A DNA stretch of 34,394 nucleotides from Microscillaceae bacterium. Lineage in GTDB: Bacteria; Bacteroidota; Bacteroidia; Cytophagales; Microscillaceae. The stretch is from contig JAAUUB010000001.1 of NCBI GenBank assembly GCA_012031215.1, positions 1 through 34,394 on the forward strand. Reading direction: 5' to 3'. Below, in pieces: positions 1-13,170 of the stretch (the stretch's first letter is position 1; each line of letters starts with the position of its first letter). The notes below the pieces were generated by a model, which worked only from the letters and a program-made list of their open reading frames with translations, was not told the origin of the DNA and did no database searches. The position numbers and the translations under genes are program-made.

Positions 1-5
1 TGGCT

Positions 6-1973
6 TTGGTTTTGCTTTTATGGCCTATTTGCTTAGCAATTTTGCCCCCGGTGATGGCCGAGCCTTCTCCACTGGACGAAATGGTGTATGAAGGCAAATT
101 AGTGCCCTATTATATGGTCTATTATTTTGGAATTGGGGTTTTTGTGGCTTTGTTGGCGGGCAATCGCCAATTGCCACTTTTTCAGGCCCGGGCTGCCTTC
201 TATATTGCCCAAGCGGATGCCTGGTATTGGCAGGGGGAAAGGCGACTGGCCCAAGACCTGTATAAAATAGCCCGCGATAAAAATGATTACCTCAGCCACC
301 GGGCCAATTATATGCTTTCGCTCCTGGCTCCGGGCACAGAAGAAGAAATGTATGAAGTATCCTATCTCCGTATTGCCCTCGACCGTAGCCCTACTGCCCA
401 TAGTTTTGGAAAAATGGCCGCATACCAGGTGGCCCAGGAGCGGTATTTTGATGCCCTTTTTACGCTCAAAGAAGGCGTGCGAAGATTCCCAAACCATCAG
501 GCACTCAGCAATAACCTGGCTTTTCTATATAAAATCAATAAAATCAGCGATTCTACCATTTATTTTTTTGAGAAAGCGGGTACGCAAGTAGCCCAAAACA
601 ATCTTTGGGCTTTTTATGCCGAAAAGCTTGGCACTAGCCCCCTCGATTCCATCTCCATACCCGCCCCCGAAAACCAAAACCGGGTGGGGCTGGCCAATCA
701 AATCGCTCTTTTTACCGCCCAGGGAAAAGCAATGCCGCCAAGTGCGGCTCCTGATTCCGGGGCCATCCTTCGGGCGGATGATGTCCATTTTGCCTGGCTC
801 TATAACTATGGCCTGAATCAAAGATTTAGTTTTAATGCCCGATACATCGCCGCGATTGAGGATTTTATGCAGCGAGATAGTGTACGGACTTATGGCTATA
901 ACCCGCATTTTTTGCGGGCATTGAGCTTTTATTACGGCGGACAAGTGCAAAGAGGGGTGCAAGCCCTGGCGGCAATGCCCTCTATGGAACGGGACCCGTA
1001 TCCCAACACAGTGGCGGGCTTGTGGCTGGCTGAGCAGGGGGCTTACGGCACAGCCCTCGAGTATTTGCGCAAAGCACAAGTGCTGGGTAACCAGGAAGCC
1101 CTCTTTTATGAGGCCATTGTTCGTTCAGAAATGCACGATTTTGAAAAAGCCCTGCCGCTCTGGCAGGCACTTTTGCGACAATCACCCGATAAATCCGAAA
1201 AAGCCCTCTGGGCCAGCCGAATGTTGCGGATTTTGGCCGATAGCATTCGCCTGGATGACGACCTGGACAAGTATAATTTTGTGCATTATAAGCTGGGGAA
1301 GGTACCCGAATCCCTGTCTCGCTCAGTCTATGAATCCATAGAAAATACGGGGCTGCGAACACAGGCCGCCGCCGATATGATGCTCTTTTATCTGCGCCAA
1401 AACGACCCGGGCCGGGCCACGCTGATTTATGAGGGCCTTCCCGCCAGCGCCGAAACCCAGGCCTATCAACGCTCTTCCATTAATTTTGCCTATGGCCAAT
1501 TGCTCCTGGCTACCCGGCAGTACAAGCAACTGCTGGACGAACTGCCCAGGCTGGCCTTTGTGCGCAAGCACGAAAACTATCGCCCTTATTTTGAAGCCCG
1601 CGCCCGGGCGGGGCAAGGTCAGGCGAAGGGCTTGGCGCAATATTTTGAAAAAGCCCGCCAATCCACCCCTTTCGACACCGATATTATCCTTGGCCTGGCC
1701 GAATATTATGAGAAAAATACCCGAAATGTAGAAAAAGCTTACCTGACCGTGGCCGAAGGAGTCCGCACCAATCCCTTTGCGGTAGTGCTGCAAAAGAAAT
1801 TTGCCCTGCTGGCCTTGGCCATGGGCCTGGACTACTATGCCGAGGAGGCGCGCCAACAGGTAGAAAAATTGGCCTCTGCCGAGGAATATCAGCAGTTTAT
1901 GGCCGAATATACGCCTCGCTTAGAAGCTTTCCGGGCTCGGCTTCGCGGGGATGCGCCCTTGCTCAGGGAGTGA
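6..1973 (+). CDS. TPR-repeat protein. The start is uncertain because the frame is open to the window edge, so the gene may be 5'-truncated or begin at an internal ATG/TTG.
   Basis: Uninterrupted 655-codon ORF. Degenerate ~34-aa helical repeats rich in A/L/Y/W, typical of TPR proteins. Hydrophobic N-terminal segment. No catalytic motif recognised. Confidence 0.5.
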   Translation: MVLLLWPICLAILPPVMAEPSPLDEMVYEGKLVPYYMVYYFGIGVFVALLAGNRQLPLFQARAAFYIAQADAWYWQGERRLAQDLYKIARDKNDYLSHRANYMLSLLAPGTEEEMYEVSYLRIALDRSPTAHSFGKMAAYQVAQERYFDALFTLKEGVRRFPNHQALSNNLAFLYKINKISDSTIYFFEKAGTQVAQNNLWAFYAEKLGTSPLDSISIPAPENQNRVGLANQIALFTAQGKAMPPSAAPDSGAILRADDVHFAWLYNYGLNQRFSFNARYIAAIEDFMQRDSVRTYGYNPHFLRALSFYYGGQVQRGVQALAAMPSMERDPYPNTVAGLWLAEQGAYGTALEYLRKAQVLGNQEALFYEAIVRSEMHDFEKALPLWQALLRQSPDKSEKALWASRMLRILADSIRLDDDLDKYNFVHYKLGKVPESLSRSVYESIENTGLRTQAAADMMLFYLRQNDPGRATLIYEGLPASAETQAYQRSSINFAYGQLLLATRQYKQLLDELPRLAFVRKHENYRPYFEARARAGQGQAKGLAQYFEKARQSTPFDTDIILGLAEYYEKNTRNVEKAYLTVAEGVRTNPFAVVLQKKFALLALAMGLDYYAEEARQQVEKLASAEEYQQFMAEYTPRLEAFRARLRGDAPLLRE

Positions 1974-2631
1974 GCCGGATGATGTCGTCTTTTGTCTCAA
2001 AATGGTATTGAGGTGCTTTGGCGCGCACAAAATCCGCTAAAGCTTCAAGAGTAGGATAGTCGTGGGTGCCATCAAAACACCGGGCATCATCAATCAAAAT
2101 TACGTGAGAATAGGGCTGCGCCAATACAGTCTCCAATTCTTCATAAATCGGACATTCCTTATCGCCCAGAGCCGTTTCGCCGGCTGAATAATGACCATCC
2201 AGCCAGAAAAGAGCCGCTTCTACCAGGCCTGGAGCCAACTGGGGCAGCACCTTGCCACTATCCCCTTCCAGAATCTGGATATTTGGCCAGGCCTTGAACC
2301 GGGCTTGGGCCGCCCGAAAGAGCGTGGGTTCTAGCTCAATGGAGTAGATTTTCTCAAAATGCCGGCGTTGCGCCTCTATCATCACCCCGCGATAGGTTCC
2401 GGTTTCTACCAGAATGCGCAGTTGGAAGCGTTGGGCATATTCACGCAGCACCATTTGCTTGATGGCATGGGGGGGAGGTAGGGGCTTTCCGGCCCGAACC
2501 CATTTTTGATGAATGACGGGCACTACCCATTCCTTGCGAAGGTAGTCCACCAATGTTGTGGGCAAGAGTGGCCGCAGGATTGCTTTTAGTTTCATACAAT
2601 AGTAAAACGCTTGGCAAGGTGGAGGCCCCAT
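1963..2631 (-). CDS. Class I SAM-dependent methyltransferase (small, ~220 aa).
   Basis: 222-aa ORF with motif-I-like VETGTYRG (E/DxGxGxG). An acidic motif-II-like stretch (LIDDARCFDG) lies downstream. Overlaps the TPR gene stop by 11 nt on the opposite strand. Confidence 0.5.
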   Translation of the reverse strand: MGPPPCQAFYYCMKLKAILRPLLPTTLVDYLRKEWVVPVIHQKWVRAGKPLPPPHAIKQMVLREYAQRFQLRILVETGTYRGVMIEAQRRHFEKIYSIELEPTLFRAAQARFKAWPNIQILEGDSGKVLPQLAPGLVEAALFWLDGHYSAGETALGDKECPIYEELETVLAQPYSHVILIDDARCFDGTHDYPTLEALADFVRAKAPQYHFETKDDIIRLTP

Positions 2632-2715
2632 ACAGAAAGCATGAAGAGCCTTGCCTCCTTGTTTTTATTTATTTTTTCAGCAAAAAACAAATTTGCCATT
2701 GATCCAGTCAGGAAA

Positions 2716-5201
<2,486 letters not shown>

Positions 5202-5393
5202 ACCGTCAATCTGGCATTAAATTAGCAAAAAAAGTATTGTTCTTGTGCAAATAAAAAACAAATCAGGGGTTACATCTTTTTGCAAGGCTTATGCCAGTAA
5301 GGATAAACAAGGCTTAGATAAATTTGGGTTCAAACGCATTATTTTTACAAATTTGCGTTAAAAAGCTTAAAAGCGCATCATTAAAACAAATCA

Positions 5394-7474
5394 ATGAAAT
5401 TATTCGGGCGGATTGTGGTCTTGTGCTTACTGGGGGTCTTGTATGCCTTTTTGTCGTATGCACAGGACTCAAGCCGGGTTGCGGGCCGCTATACCCAAGC
5501 CCCGGGCCGCGATGATGGCAAAGTTTTGTTTTTTAAGCATATCAATGAATATCGGTACTACAAAGATGACGACAAACTGGCCGAGCTAGACCGCCTGGCC
5601 AAAAAAGGCAATCTCCAAGAAACCTATGATGCCCTCTATAGCTATGTGATGCGTTTTGGCCCCGAAAACTTTCACAAGGATAATTATCTGCTCTGGCGCT
5701 TGGGCAAGCTGGCCGAGCAACTGGGATACCTCGACAAAGCCAAGGCCTTTTATCAATTGGTGCTCAAACACCACCGCTACGGCAATGTCAAAGACTACCG
5801 TCTTTATTATGATTCGGTGTCGCGCAACGACTTAGACTATTACCTGCCCGTTGAATATTACTACAACCTTTCCAATGCCGCTGGCAATATTGACACCCTC
5901 AGAGTACCCGAAAGTATTTACACGGCCCTGGGCGACTCCGTCAATGCCAAGTATTACAACGACTACGGCCCGGCCCTGAGTGGGAATGACCGTATCTTAC
6001 TCTTTACATCCCAACGCAAGCAAAGACTTGAGGGACTGCGCCACGTGCCAGACGAAGGGCTATATTATGCCCGAAGGGCCGATAGCCTTTATATCCGTGA
6101 AACAGAGGAAGGCTCGCAGATGGATACACTGCCCTGGACCCGGGCCCAGCCTTTTATCGGGCTAAACACCGAAAAGTACAATGAAGGCTCTCCTTGCATC
6201 AGCAAAGATGGACGCACGATTTTTTTGCCCGATGTGGTAGCCCCGACGGGTTTGGAAATTGTGATTTGTATTACTCCCGCCGCAAAGACGATGGTACCTG
6301 GACCGAAGGCCGAAACCTGGGGCTGATGGTCAACAGCATGTCCTGGGATTCGCACCCGGCCCTCTCCCACTCCGGGGATACCCTCTTTTTTTCCTCAGAC
6401 CGATTGGGAGGCTTTGGCGGAGCCGATATTTATTACACGCACAGGGTTGGTTTTCAGCTTAATATCAAAGGGCAGGAAATAGATACGGTCTGGATTTGGG
6501 AAAGAGCCCAAAATATTGGCCCCGTCATTAATACCCGCTACAATGAATTAAGTCCTTTTTATCACCCCACCTTCAATGTACTGTATTTTAGTTCGGACGG
6601 CCATCTGGTCAATTTTGGCGGCTTTGATATCTACCGTACCTATCGACGGGGTCCCGTCTGGACTACCCCGCGCAACATTGGCCCCCTCGTAAATTACAAA
6701 ACTGACGAGTATTATTTCACCATTGATTCACGGGCTTTGAACTTGTATTATGCCAAAGGAGTCAGAACGAAGGTTTATGACCCGGTCAAGCGCGACTCAG
6801 TCTGGAAAGAAATTCTCAACCTTCATACGGCTGCCCTGCCTATGGAGGCTCAGCCCGAGGCCCGGGTGCGGTTTGAAGTAATGGTAACAGATTCTATCAC
6901 GGGAGAAATCTCGAAAGGCTTTGTTTCAATCATTGACCTGGACGATGGCATTGAAGTAGCCCCGCGTTATATCCGCGAAGATGGCTCTGCCCGCTTTGAC
7001 CTGATTCGCGACAAAAACTATCTGATTATCATCTCAGGAGATGATTTCTTGCGGATTGAGCGAGAGTTTTTACTCAAAGGGGATACCACCCTGGCCGTAA
7101 ATGCGCCTTCCATTAAGTTCCGAAAGTGGAAGTTCGAATCCATCGAGTTTGAGGAAGCCAGTGCCGAAGTAACCAACGAGATGAAACCGGATTTGGAAAA
7201 ACTGGTGCTTTTTCTGGCCGACCATCCCCAACTAGGGCTCAAGATTTCGGGGCATACCGACTCCCGGGGCAATGCCAGCGACAATATGCTTCTTTCCCAG
7301 GCCCGGGCCGATGCCATCAGAAATTATATTCTTCAAAGAGGACGTTTCAAGCCCGCAAGAGTTGAAGCCAAAGGCTTTGGAAATACCCAACCCATTGTGC
7401 CGGATGAAAAAACGGATGAAGACCGATTCAAAAACCGCCGGGTAGAATTCGAAATCTTACGAATGGTGCCTTAG
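5394..7474 (+). CDS. OmpA-family outer-membrane protein with TolB/PD40-like beta-propeller repeats and a C-terminal OmpA peptidoglycan-binding domain. Frameshifted at the T7 run 6220-6226.
   Basis: Signal peptide MKLFGRIVVLCLLGVLYAF. PD40-like repeats (SPCISKDGRTIFF / GSPDGFGNCDLYYSRR...GTWTEGRNLG; SHSGDTLFFSSDRLGGFGGADIYYT). C-terminal OmpA motif (TDSRGNASDNMLLSQARADAI...NRRVEFEI). ORFs 5394..6326 and 6194..7474 join if one T is removed from the T7 run. Confidence 0.7.
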
Positions 7475-7559
7475 CCAGGGGGCTACACCTTGGCTTAGCC
7501 TGCTCCATCATTTTTGTTTACTTTCGCAGGGATTTTTTCACCCCAATCAAGGAAGTAAA

Positions 7560-9083
7560 ATGAGCAAAAAAGTAATTCTAATGATACTGGATGGCTGGGG
7601 CCTGGGCCAAGACCCCGCCGTTTCGGCCATTGCCCAAGCCCAAACGCCTTTTTTTGAGCACCTCTGGCAGGAATTTCCCCACAGCCGCCTCGAGGCTTCC
7701 GGCCTGGCCGTCGGGCTGCCCGAAGGACAAATGGGCAATTCGGAAGTAGGCCACATGAACATTGGAGCCGGACGGGTTGTGTATCAAGACTTGGTCAAAA
7801 TCAACCTGGCGGTGCAAGATGGTTCCCTGGCAAGCAATGTCGTCTTAGAGCAGGCCCTAGAATATGCACAACAATCTCAAAAAAAACTACACCTCCTGGG
7901 GTTGGTTTCTGATGGGGGGGTTCACTCTCACATAGCGCATCTCAAAAGTCTCTGTCATATTGCGCACCAGGCGGGCTTGAAAAATGTGTTTATCCACGCT
8001 TTCATGGACGGGCGCGATACCTCGCCCACCGGAGGGGCCGATTATCTGGCCGATTTGCAACCGACTTTGTCGGAGACGGGCGCAAAAATTGCCTCTGTGA
8101 TAGGCCGGTATTATGCCATGGACCGCGACAAGCGCTGGGAACGAATTCAACTGGCCTATGACCTGCTCGTGAAAGGGCAGGGACAGGCTACCCAAGACCC
8201 CATCACTGCGCTGCAAAAATCTTATGCCGAAGGCATTACCGACGAATTTATCCAGCCCCTGCTTTGTACCAATGAGGCCGGACAAGCCCTGGCCACCATC
8301 GAGGAAGGAGATGTAGTTTTATTTTTTAATTTCCGAAACGACCGCGCCCGCCAGCTTACCCAAGTCCTCACACAAGCAGATTTTCCGGCCTTTGGGATGG
8401 CCAAAATGCCTTTGCATTACCTTACAATGACTCCTTACGACGAAACTTTTACCAATGTAAAGGTGCTTTTTGAAAAAGATAACCTGCGCCATACCTTGGG
8501 CGAGGTCTTGGCCCAGGCAGGCAAAAACCAAATTCGGATTGCGGAAACAGAAAAATATCCCCACGTTACTTTTTTCTTCTCCGGCGGGCGCGAGGAGCCT
8601 TTTGAGGGCGAACAGCGTATCCTCTGCCCTTCGCCCAAAGTGCCTACTTATGACCTCCAGCCAGCGATGAGTGCCCAGGAAATTTGCGAGGCCATCCTTC
8701 CTGAACTAAAAAAAGGAAGTGCCGATTTTATCTGTTTAAACTTTGCCAATCCGGATATGGTGGGGCATACCGGCGTATTTGAAGCGGCCATCAAGGCTTG
8801 CGAAACGGTTGACCTATGCACCCGGGAAGTAGTTAAAACCGCCCTTGAAAACGGCTATACCTGTGTCATCATTGCCGACCACGGCAACGCCGATATGATG
8901 ATAAATCCGGATGGAAGTCCACACACGGCCCATACAACCAATCTGGTTCCCTGTTTGTGGGTAGATGCTTCCCAAAAACCAGCATTACAAGATGGCAAAC
9001 TTGGGGATATTGCCCCCAGTATCTTAAAATGGATAGGACTGCCTTTGCCCGAAGAAATGACGGGCCAAATTTTATGGCAGTAA
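7560..9083 (+). CDS. gpmI: 2,3-bisphosphoglycerate-independent phosphoglycerate mutase.
   Basis: 507 aa. Conserved iPGM blocks: LMILDGWG, SEVGHMNIGAGR, GLVSDGGVHSH, FMDGRDT, NFANPDMVGHTG, ADHGN. Confidence 0.9.
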   Translation: MSKKVILMILDGWGLGQDPAVSAIAQAQTPFFEHLWQEFPHSRLEASGLAVGLPEGQMGNSEVGHMNIGAGRVVYQDLVKINLAVQDGSLASNVVLEQALEYAQQSQKKLHLLGLVSDGGVHSHIAHLKSLCHIAHQAGLKNVFIHAFMDGRDTSPTGGADYLADLQPTLSETGAKIASVIGRYYAMDRDKRWERIQLAYDLLVKGQGQATQDPITALQKSYAEGITDEFIQPLLCTNEAGQALATIEEGDVVLFFNFRNDRARQLTQVLTQADFPAFGMAKMPLHYLTMTPYDETFTNVKVLFEKDNLRHTLGEVLAQAGKNQIRIAETEKYPHVTFFFSGGREEPFEGEQRILCPSPKVPTYDLQPAMSAQEICEAILPELKKGSADFICLNFANPDMVGHTGVFEAAIKACETVDLCTREVVKTALENGYTCVIIADHGNADMMINPDGSPHTAHTTNLVPCLWVDASQKPALQDGKLGDIAPSILKWIGLPLPEEMTGQILWQ

Positions 9084-9134
9084 TCTCTTTGGAAAAAAAA
9101 GCAGGCAAAGCGTCAATGTATAAAGCAGAAATGC

Positions 9135-9142
9135 TATATTTG
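9135..9142 (+). promoter_or_regulatory. Candidate Bacteroidota sigmaA -7 element (TATATTTG, matching TAnnTTTG) for rpmI-rplT.
   Basis: Exact TAnnTTTG match 29 nt upstream of the rpmI ATG. The -33 TTG partner is not clear. Confidence 0.3.
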
Positions 9143-9170
9143 CACCCTCAATCCAAAAACTGCTGCTGAC

Positions 9171-9371
9171 ATGAGCAAAGTAAAAGTAAAACCCAACTCC
9201 GGAGCCAAAAAGCGGTTTAAACTGACCGGAACCGGAAAAATAAAGCGCAAACACGCCTTCAAACGTCATATTTTGACCAAAAAATCTACCAAACGCAAAC
9301 GCGCCCTGGGCAACGATGCGCTGGTGTTCAAAGGCGATATGGACAATGTGAAGGCCATGCTTTTCATTTAA
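9171..9371 (+). CDS. rpmI: 50S ribosomal protein L35.
   Basis: 66 aa, very basic: [44 protein letters not shown], the L35 signature. Confidence 0.9.
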   Translation: MSKVKVKPNSGAKKRFKLTGTGKIKRKHAFKRHILTKKSTKRKRALGNDALVFKGDMDNVKAMLFI

Positions 9372-9451
9372 TTTGTATTTTTTATTGTTTCACTGGCTTA
9401 GGCCCTGCCAAGTGGTCTTGTACCCGCCAAAAGCCGTAAATCAAATTTAAT

Positions 9452-9796
9452 ATGCCTCGTTCGGTCAATGTAGTCGCGGCCCGCAAACGCCGCAAAAAGT
9501 ATATGAAACTGGCCAAAGGCTTTTTTGGCCGCCGCAAGAATGTGTGGACGGTTGCCAAAAATGCCGTGGACAAAGCCCTGGGCTATGCCTATCGCGACCG
9601 CCGCCAGAAAAAGCGTAATATCCGCCGTCTTTGGATTACCCGCATCAATGCCGGCGTGCGCCCTTTTGGATTGAGCTACTCGGTCTTTATTGACAAACTG
9701 AACAAAGCCAACATTGCCCTCAACCGCAAAGTATTGGCTGACCTGGCAATGAACCACCCCGAGGCCTTTAAAGCCGTGGTAGAAAAAGTCAATTAA
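9452..9796 (+). CDS. rplT: 50S ribosomal protein L20.
   Basis: 114 aa. [16 protein letters not shown]...[13 protein letters not shown] is the L20 signature. Sits 80 nt after rpmI. Confidence 0.9.
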   Translation: MPRSVNVVAARKRRKKYMKLAKGFFGRRKNVWTVAKNAVDKALGYAYRDRRQKKRNIRRLWITRINAGVRPFGLSYSVFIDKLNKANIALNRKVLADLAMNHPEAFKAVVEKVN

Positions 9797-9813
9797 ATTT
9801 TTTTAAAAATAGG

Positions 9814-9838
9814 AAAGCCGGTTTGTCCGGCTTTTTTT
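9814..9838 (+). terminator. Rho-independent terminator after rplT.
   Basis: aaagccgg-tttgt-ccggcttt hairpin (8-bp stem) followed by a T run, 18 nt after the rplT stop. Confidence 0.6.
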
Positions 9839-10580
9839 ATGATGTCGGCTACCTTTTTATCTTCCTTACAACCCTTCGTGATTGGGGGCGTTTTTGTTTT
9901 GCTGTATCTGGCCGAACATAGCTTTCCGCAGAGAGCCGAAAAAAGCAAATATCGCCACGACGCTTTCAATCTTTTGATAGGCCTGCTAAACACGACCCTC
10001 GTGTTTGTTGAAGGCTATACCTTGCAAAAAGTGTTGGAATACACGGCGCTCTCCCAATTTGGCTTATTTCACCTGGGCTTGGGGACGGGCCTGATACGTG
10101 GACTGGCCGAGTTTCTGGTGCTGGATATTTTTATGTACGGCTGGCATCGGCTCAACCATACCTGGCCTTTTTTGTGGCAATTCCATCGCTTCCATCATCA
10201 AGATACCCAGATGAACAGTACCTCAGCTTTTCGATTTCATTTTCTTGAGCTTACGGCATCCTGGCTGGTACAAATACTGGTTTTTGGCTTGCTGGGCATT
10301 TCCTGGGTGAGCTTGCTGACGTATAAGCTGGTTTTTTTCCGGTAGTTTGCTGCATCATACCAATTTGCGGGTTTCCCCCCGATTTGACCAAATGATTCGG
10401 CAAGCTTTTGTCTCTCCGGGTCTGCATCGGATTCACCATTCGCAGTGGCAGCCTGAGACCGATTCAAATTTTGGCTCGGTATTGCCCTGGTGGGACCGCC
10501 TCTTCGGAACGTATCGCCCGCGTGCCCGGGGCGTAATTCTATTTGGGATTCAAAAGCCCCCTTCGGGCGAACATCTTTAA
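9839..10580 (+). CDS. Fatty acid hydroxylase superfamily (sterol desaturase-like) integral membrane protein. Frameshifted at the T7 run 10332-10338.
   Basis: Histidine boxes HRLNH, HRFHH and, after the shift, HRIHHSQ. Upstream of the TTG at 10347 the second frame reads ...SGSLLHHTNLR. The parts join if the T7 run is read as T6. Confidence 0.6.
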
Positions 10581-12055
10581 TGGGGAAGAAGCCTATTTTC
10601 CAGAAGATACTGCTGGCCTAAGGCCCGCAAATTTTGCAGCAGGTCTTCTAAGGTGGCCACAGTGGTAAAAGGACTGATAAGCGTGAGGCGCAAGTACAAT
10701 TGCCCGGCCAATTGGGTTTGGACGATGTAAAAAGCCCCCGAAGTTATCAAGGTCTCTCTCATAAAACTATTGAGGGCATTTAATTCTTCTTTTGGAACCT
10801 CCGTCGGGCAATAGCGGAAGCAAATGATATTGCTTTGAGGCGCAACAGGCAGCGCGAAATCATCGCTTTGGGCAATCATCTCCGCAAAATAATGCCCCAA
10901 ATCGTACAAATAATCAATGTGCTGGGCAAATAAGTCCGGGCCATAGGTGCGCCAAAGCAAATAAGCTTTGAGACCCAGGGTGCTCTTGGTACATTCAAAA
11001 GTGCGTTTGCCCAAATTATACCACTCGCGTTCCTCATCATCGGCCCAGAGATAGCTGGCCTGTTGCGAGAAAGTAAGGTAAGAATCATCTCCATTTTTGT
11101 AAAGCAGGGCCGTAGTCAGGGCGGAGGTAAGCAACATTTTATGAAAATCAATCACTACTGAATCGGCCCTATGAATGCCTTCTACCTTCTTTTTATACTT
11201 ATCCGAAAAAATAACCGCAGCCCCGTGAGCCCCATCCACATGTAGCCAAATCTGGTGCATTTCGCAAAAATCGGCGATGACCTCGATATTGTCATAAGCA
11301 CCCGTGGCCGTAGAACAGGCATTGGCCACCACCGCCACAATGGTTTTGCCTTCTTTTAGGGCTTGTTCGTAATAAGCAGGCAGCAAATCGGCACGCATTT
11401 GATATTGTGCATCTACCGGAATTTTGATAAGCCCGGCTTCGCCCCAGCCCATCACTTTTGAGGCTCTATCAACGCAATAATGAGCAGCTTCCGATACCAT
11501 CAGGGCGGGCTTTGGCAAAGAAGAGAGCCCCTCTCGGGCTTGTCTTGCCTGGCGGGCCGTGAGCAAGGCTGTAAGATTGCCCAGAGTGCCGCCATTGGTC
11601 ATAAAGCCATCTGCCTGAGGGCCATAGCCCAGGACCCGATTAAGGTTTTTGATTAACACGCGCTCAATAGCCACCATTGGGCTGCCCATTTCATAGACCC
11701 CGGTGCCTGAGTTCATGGCCGAAGCCAGCAAATCGGCCAGGGCATTGAGCGGAGCGGGCGAAGCCACCTGATGGCCCAGGTAGTGCGGATGCAGGGTATG
11801 GATATTTTGGGCAATCAAATACGCAAAAAAATCCTGGGCATTCTCGTCGGGTGCGGCCTCTAGTAATGTCTGAAAGTGGTTTGTGCGTTCATCCGGTTTT
11901 TCCCAGGGCATCACGGCCATCGTTTGGCCCTTTTGAGCTGCTTGAAAATAGTCGGCTAATTGGTCTATTAATTGATGGCCTACATGACGAAAAAAGTCTG
12001 GGTCAAAAGCTTGCTGAACCAAATTGGGGCGAAGAGGGGTTTGCATTTCGGGCAT
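10577..12055 (-). CDS. Pyridoxal-phosphate-dependent group II decarboxylase (aromatic-amino-acid/2,4-diaminobutyrate decarboxylase family).
   Basis: 492 aa. Fold-type I PLP decarboxylase blocks: HPHYLGHQ, TNGGTLGNLTALLTAR, LHVDGAHGAA, and the PLP-lysine context DFHKMLLTS. Substrate cannot be assigned from sequence. Confidence 0.65.
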   Translation of the reverse strand: MPEMQTPLRPNLVQQAFDPDFFRHVGHQLIDQLADYFQAAQKGQTMAVMPWEKPDERTNHFQTLLEAAPDENAQDFFAYLIAQNIHTLHPHYLGHQVASPAPLNALADLLASAMNSGTGVYEMGSPMVAIERVLIKNLNRVLGYGPQADGFMTNGGTLGNLTALLTARQARQAREGLSSLPKPALMVSEAAHYCVDRASKVMGWGEAGLIKIPVDAQYQMRADLLPAYYEQALKEGKTIVAVVANACSTATGAYDNIEVIADFCEMHQIWLHVDGAHGAAVIFSDKYKKKVEGIHRADSVVIDFHKMLLTSALTTALLYKNGDDSYLTFSQQASYLWADDEEREWYNLGKRTFECTKSTLGLKAYLLWRTYGPDLFAQHIDYLYDLGHYFAEMIAQSDDFALPVAPQSNIICFRYCPTEVPKEELNALNSFMRETLITSGAFYIVQTQLAGQLYLRLTLISPFTTVATLEDLLQNLRALGQQYLLENRLLPH

Positions 12056-12196
12056 AAGATGGAAGCTTTTTGGAAGTAAGACTTTTTATTTTATAATTCC
12101 CTGGCTTTATCGGGCACAAAACTAATCGCTAAACGGCGGGTTTTAGGGAACGGTTCCGGTATTTTTTGAAATTATCGTAATATTGCAGCCAAGCGG

Positions 12197-13170
12197 ATGA
12201 CAAGTAAAATAAAAGACATTAAAAGCCCTATTTCGGAAGAGATGGCGCAGTTTGAGGTGAAGTTTCGGGAATATATGAAAACCGAGGTTTCTCTTTTAGA
12301 CAAAATTATGGGCTATATCGTGCAGCGCAAAGGCAAGCAGATAAGGCCTATGTTTGTATTTTTGATGGCGGGCACCTGTGGCAAGATAGGAGATGCCACC
12401 TATCGGGGAGCGGCTTTGATTGAATTGTTGCATACCGCTACCCTGGTACACGACGACGTGGTGGATGAAGCCGATTATCGCCGGGGCTTTTTTTCGGTCA
12501 ATGCCCTCTGGAAAACAAAATTGCGGTGCTAGTGGGAGACTTTTTACTGGCTCGGGGCTTGCTACTTTCCGTAGATAATGCTGACTTTCAACTGCTGCAA
12601 ATTGTTTCACAGGCGGTGCGCGAAATGAGCGAAGGAGAGCTTTTACAAATAGAAAAAGCCCGTCGGCTGGACATCACCGAGGCCGTTTATTATGAAATTA
12701 TCCGCCAAAAAACCGCTTCTTTGATTGCTTCCTGCTGTGGGGTAGGGGCCGCTTCGGTGGGAGCTTCCCCGGAAATGGTGCGCCAGGCCCAGGCCTTTGG
12801 CGAAAAGGTAGGGATGGCTTTCCAAATCAAAGATGATTTGTTTGACTATGGCACTGCCGAGGTCGGTAAGCCCCTGGGAATTGATATCAGAGAAAAAAAA
12901 ATGACCCTTCCACTGATTTATACGCTTCAGCAGGCCGATAAAACCCTCCGCCAGAAAATAGTGTATATCATCAAAAACCAAAGCCATCAGCCCAAAAAAG
13001 TGCAGGAGGTCATTGCCTTTGTCAAAGAAAGCGGGGGTATTGCCTACACCCAGTCGGTGATGCAACGCTATCACGAGGAGGCCCAAACGATTTTGACCAG
13101 CTTTCCTGATTCGGAATACCGTCAATCATTGTTTGATTTGGTGCAGTTTACCATTGAGCGTACCAAGTAA
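12197..13170 (+). CDS. ispB: Long-chain polyprenyl diphosphate synthase (octaprenyl/solanesyl type). Frameshifted: one A is missing in the run 12512-12520.
   Basis: First aspartate-rich motif LVHDDVVDEAD and second motif FQIKDDLFDYG. The ORF 12197..12532 ends ...NALWKTKLRC* while the ORF 12526.. reads (A)VLVGDFLL. Inserting one A gives NALWKNKIAVLVGDFLLARG, the canonical sequence. Confidence 0.75.

Noticed and set aside
1323-1856. Long opposite-strand ORFs nested inside confident genes. Examples: 1323..1856, 525..1079, 15306..15689, 19468..19995, 21847..22527, 24887..25468, 26529..27035, 32583..33071.
   Set aside because: All lie antisense within genes that have strong family signatures. Their translations are low-complexity or Arg/Gly/Pro-rich, typical of shadow ORFs in ~50% GC DNA.
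5202-5393. Dyads (aacgca-N19-tgcgtt; cttgtgcaaa...ttttgcaagg) in the lon/OmpA divergent promoter region as a possible heat-shock operator.
   Set aside because: Short, imperfect, and not matching any operator consensus I can name (not CIRCE-like). Left as unexplained.
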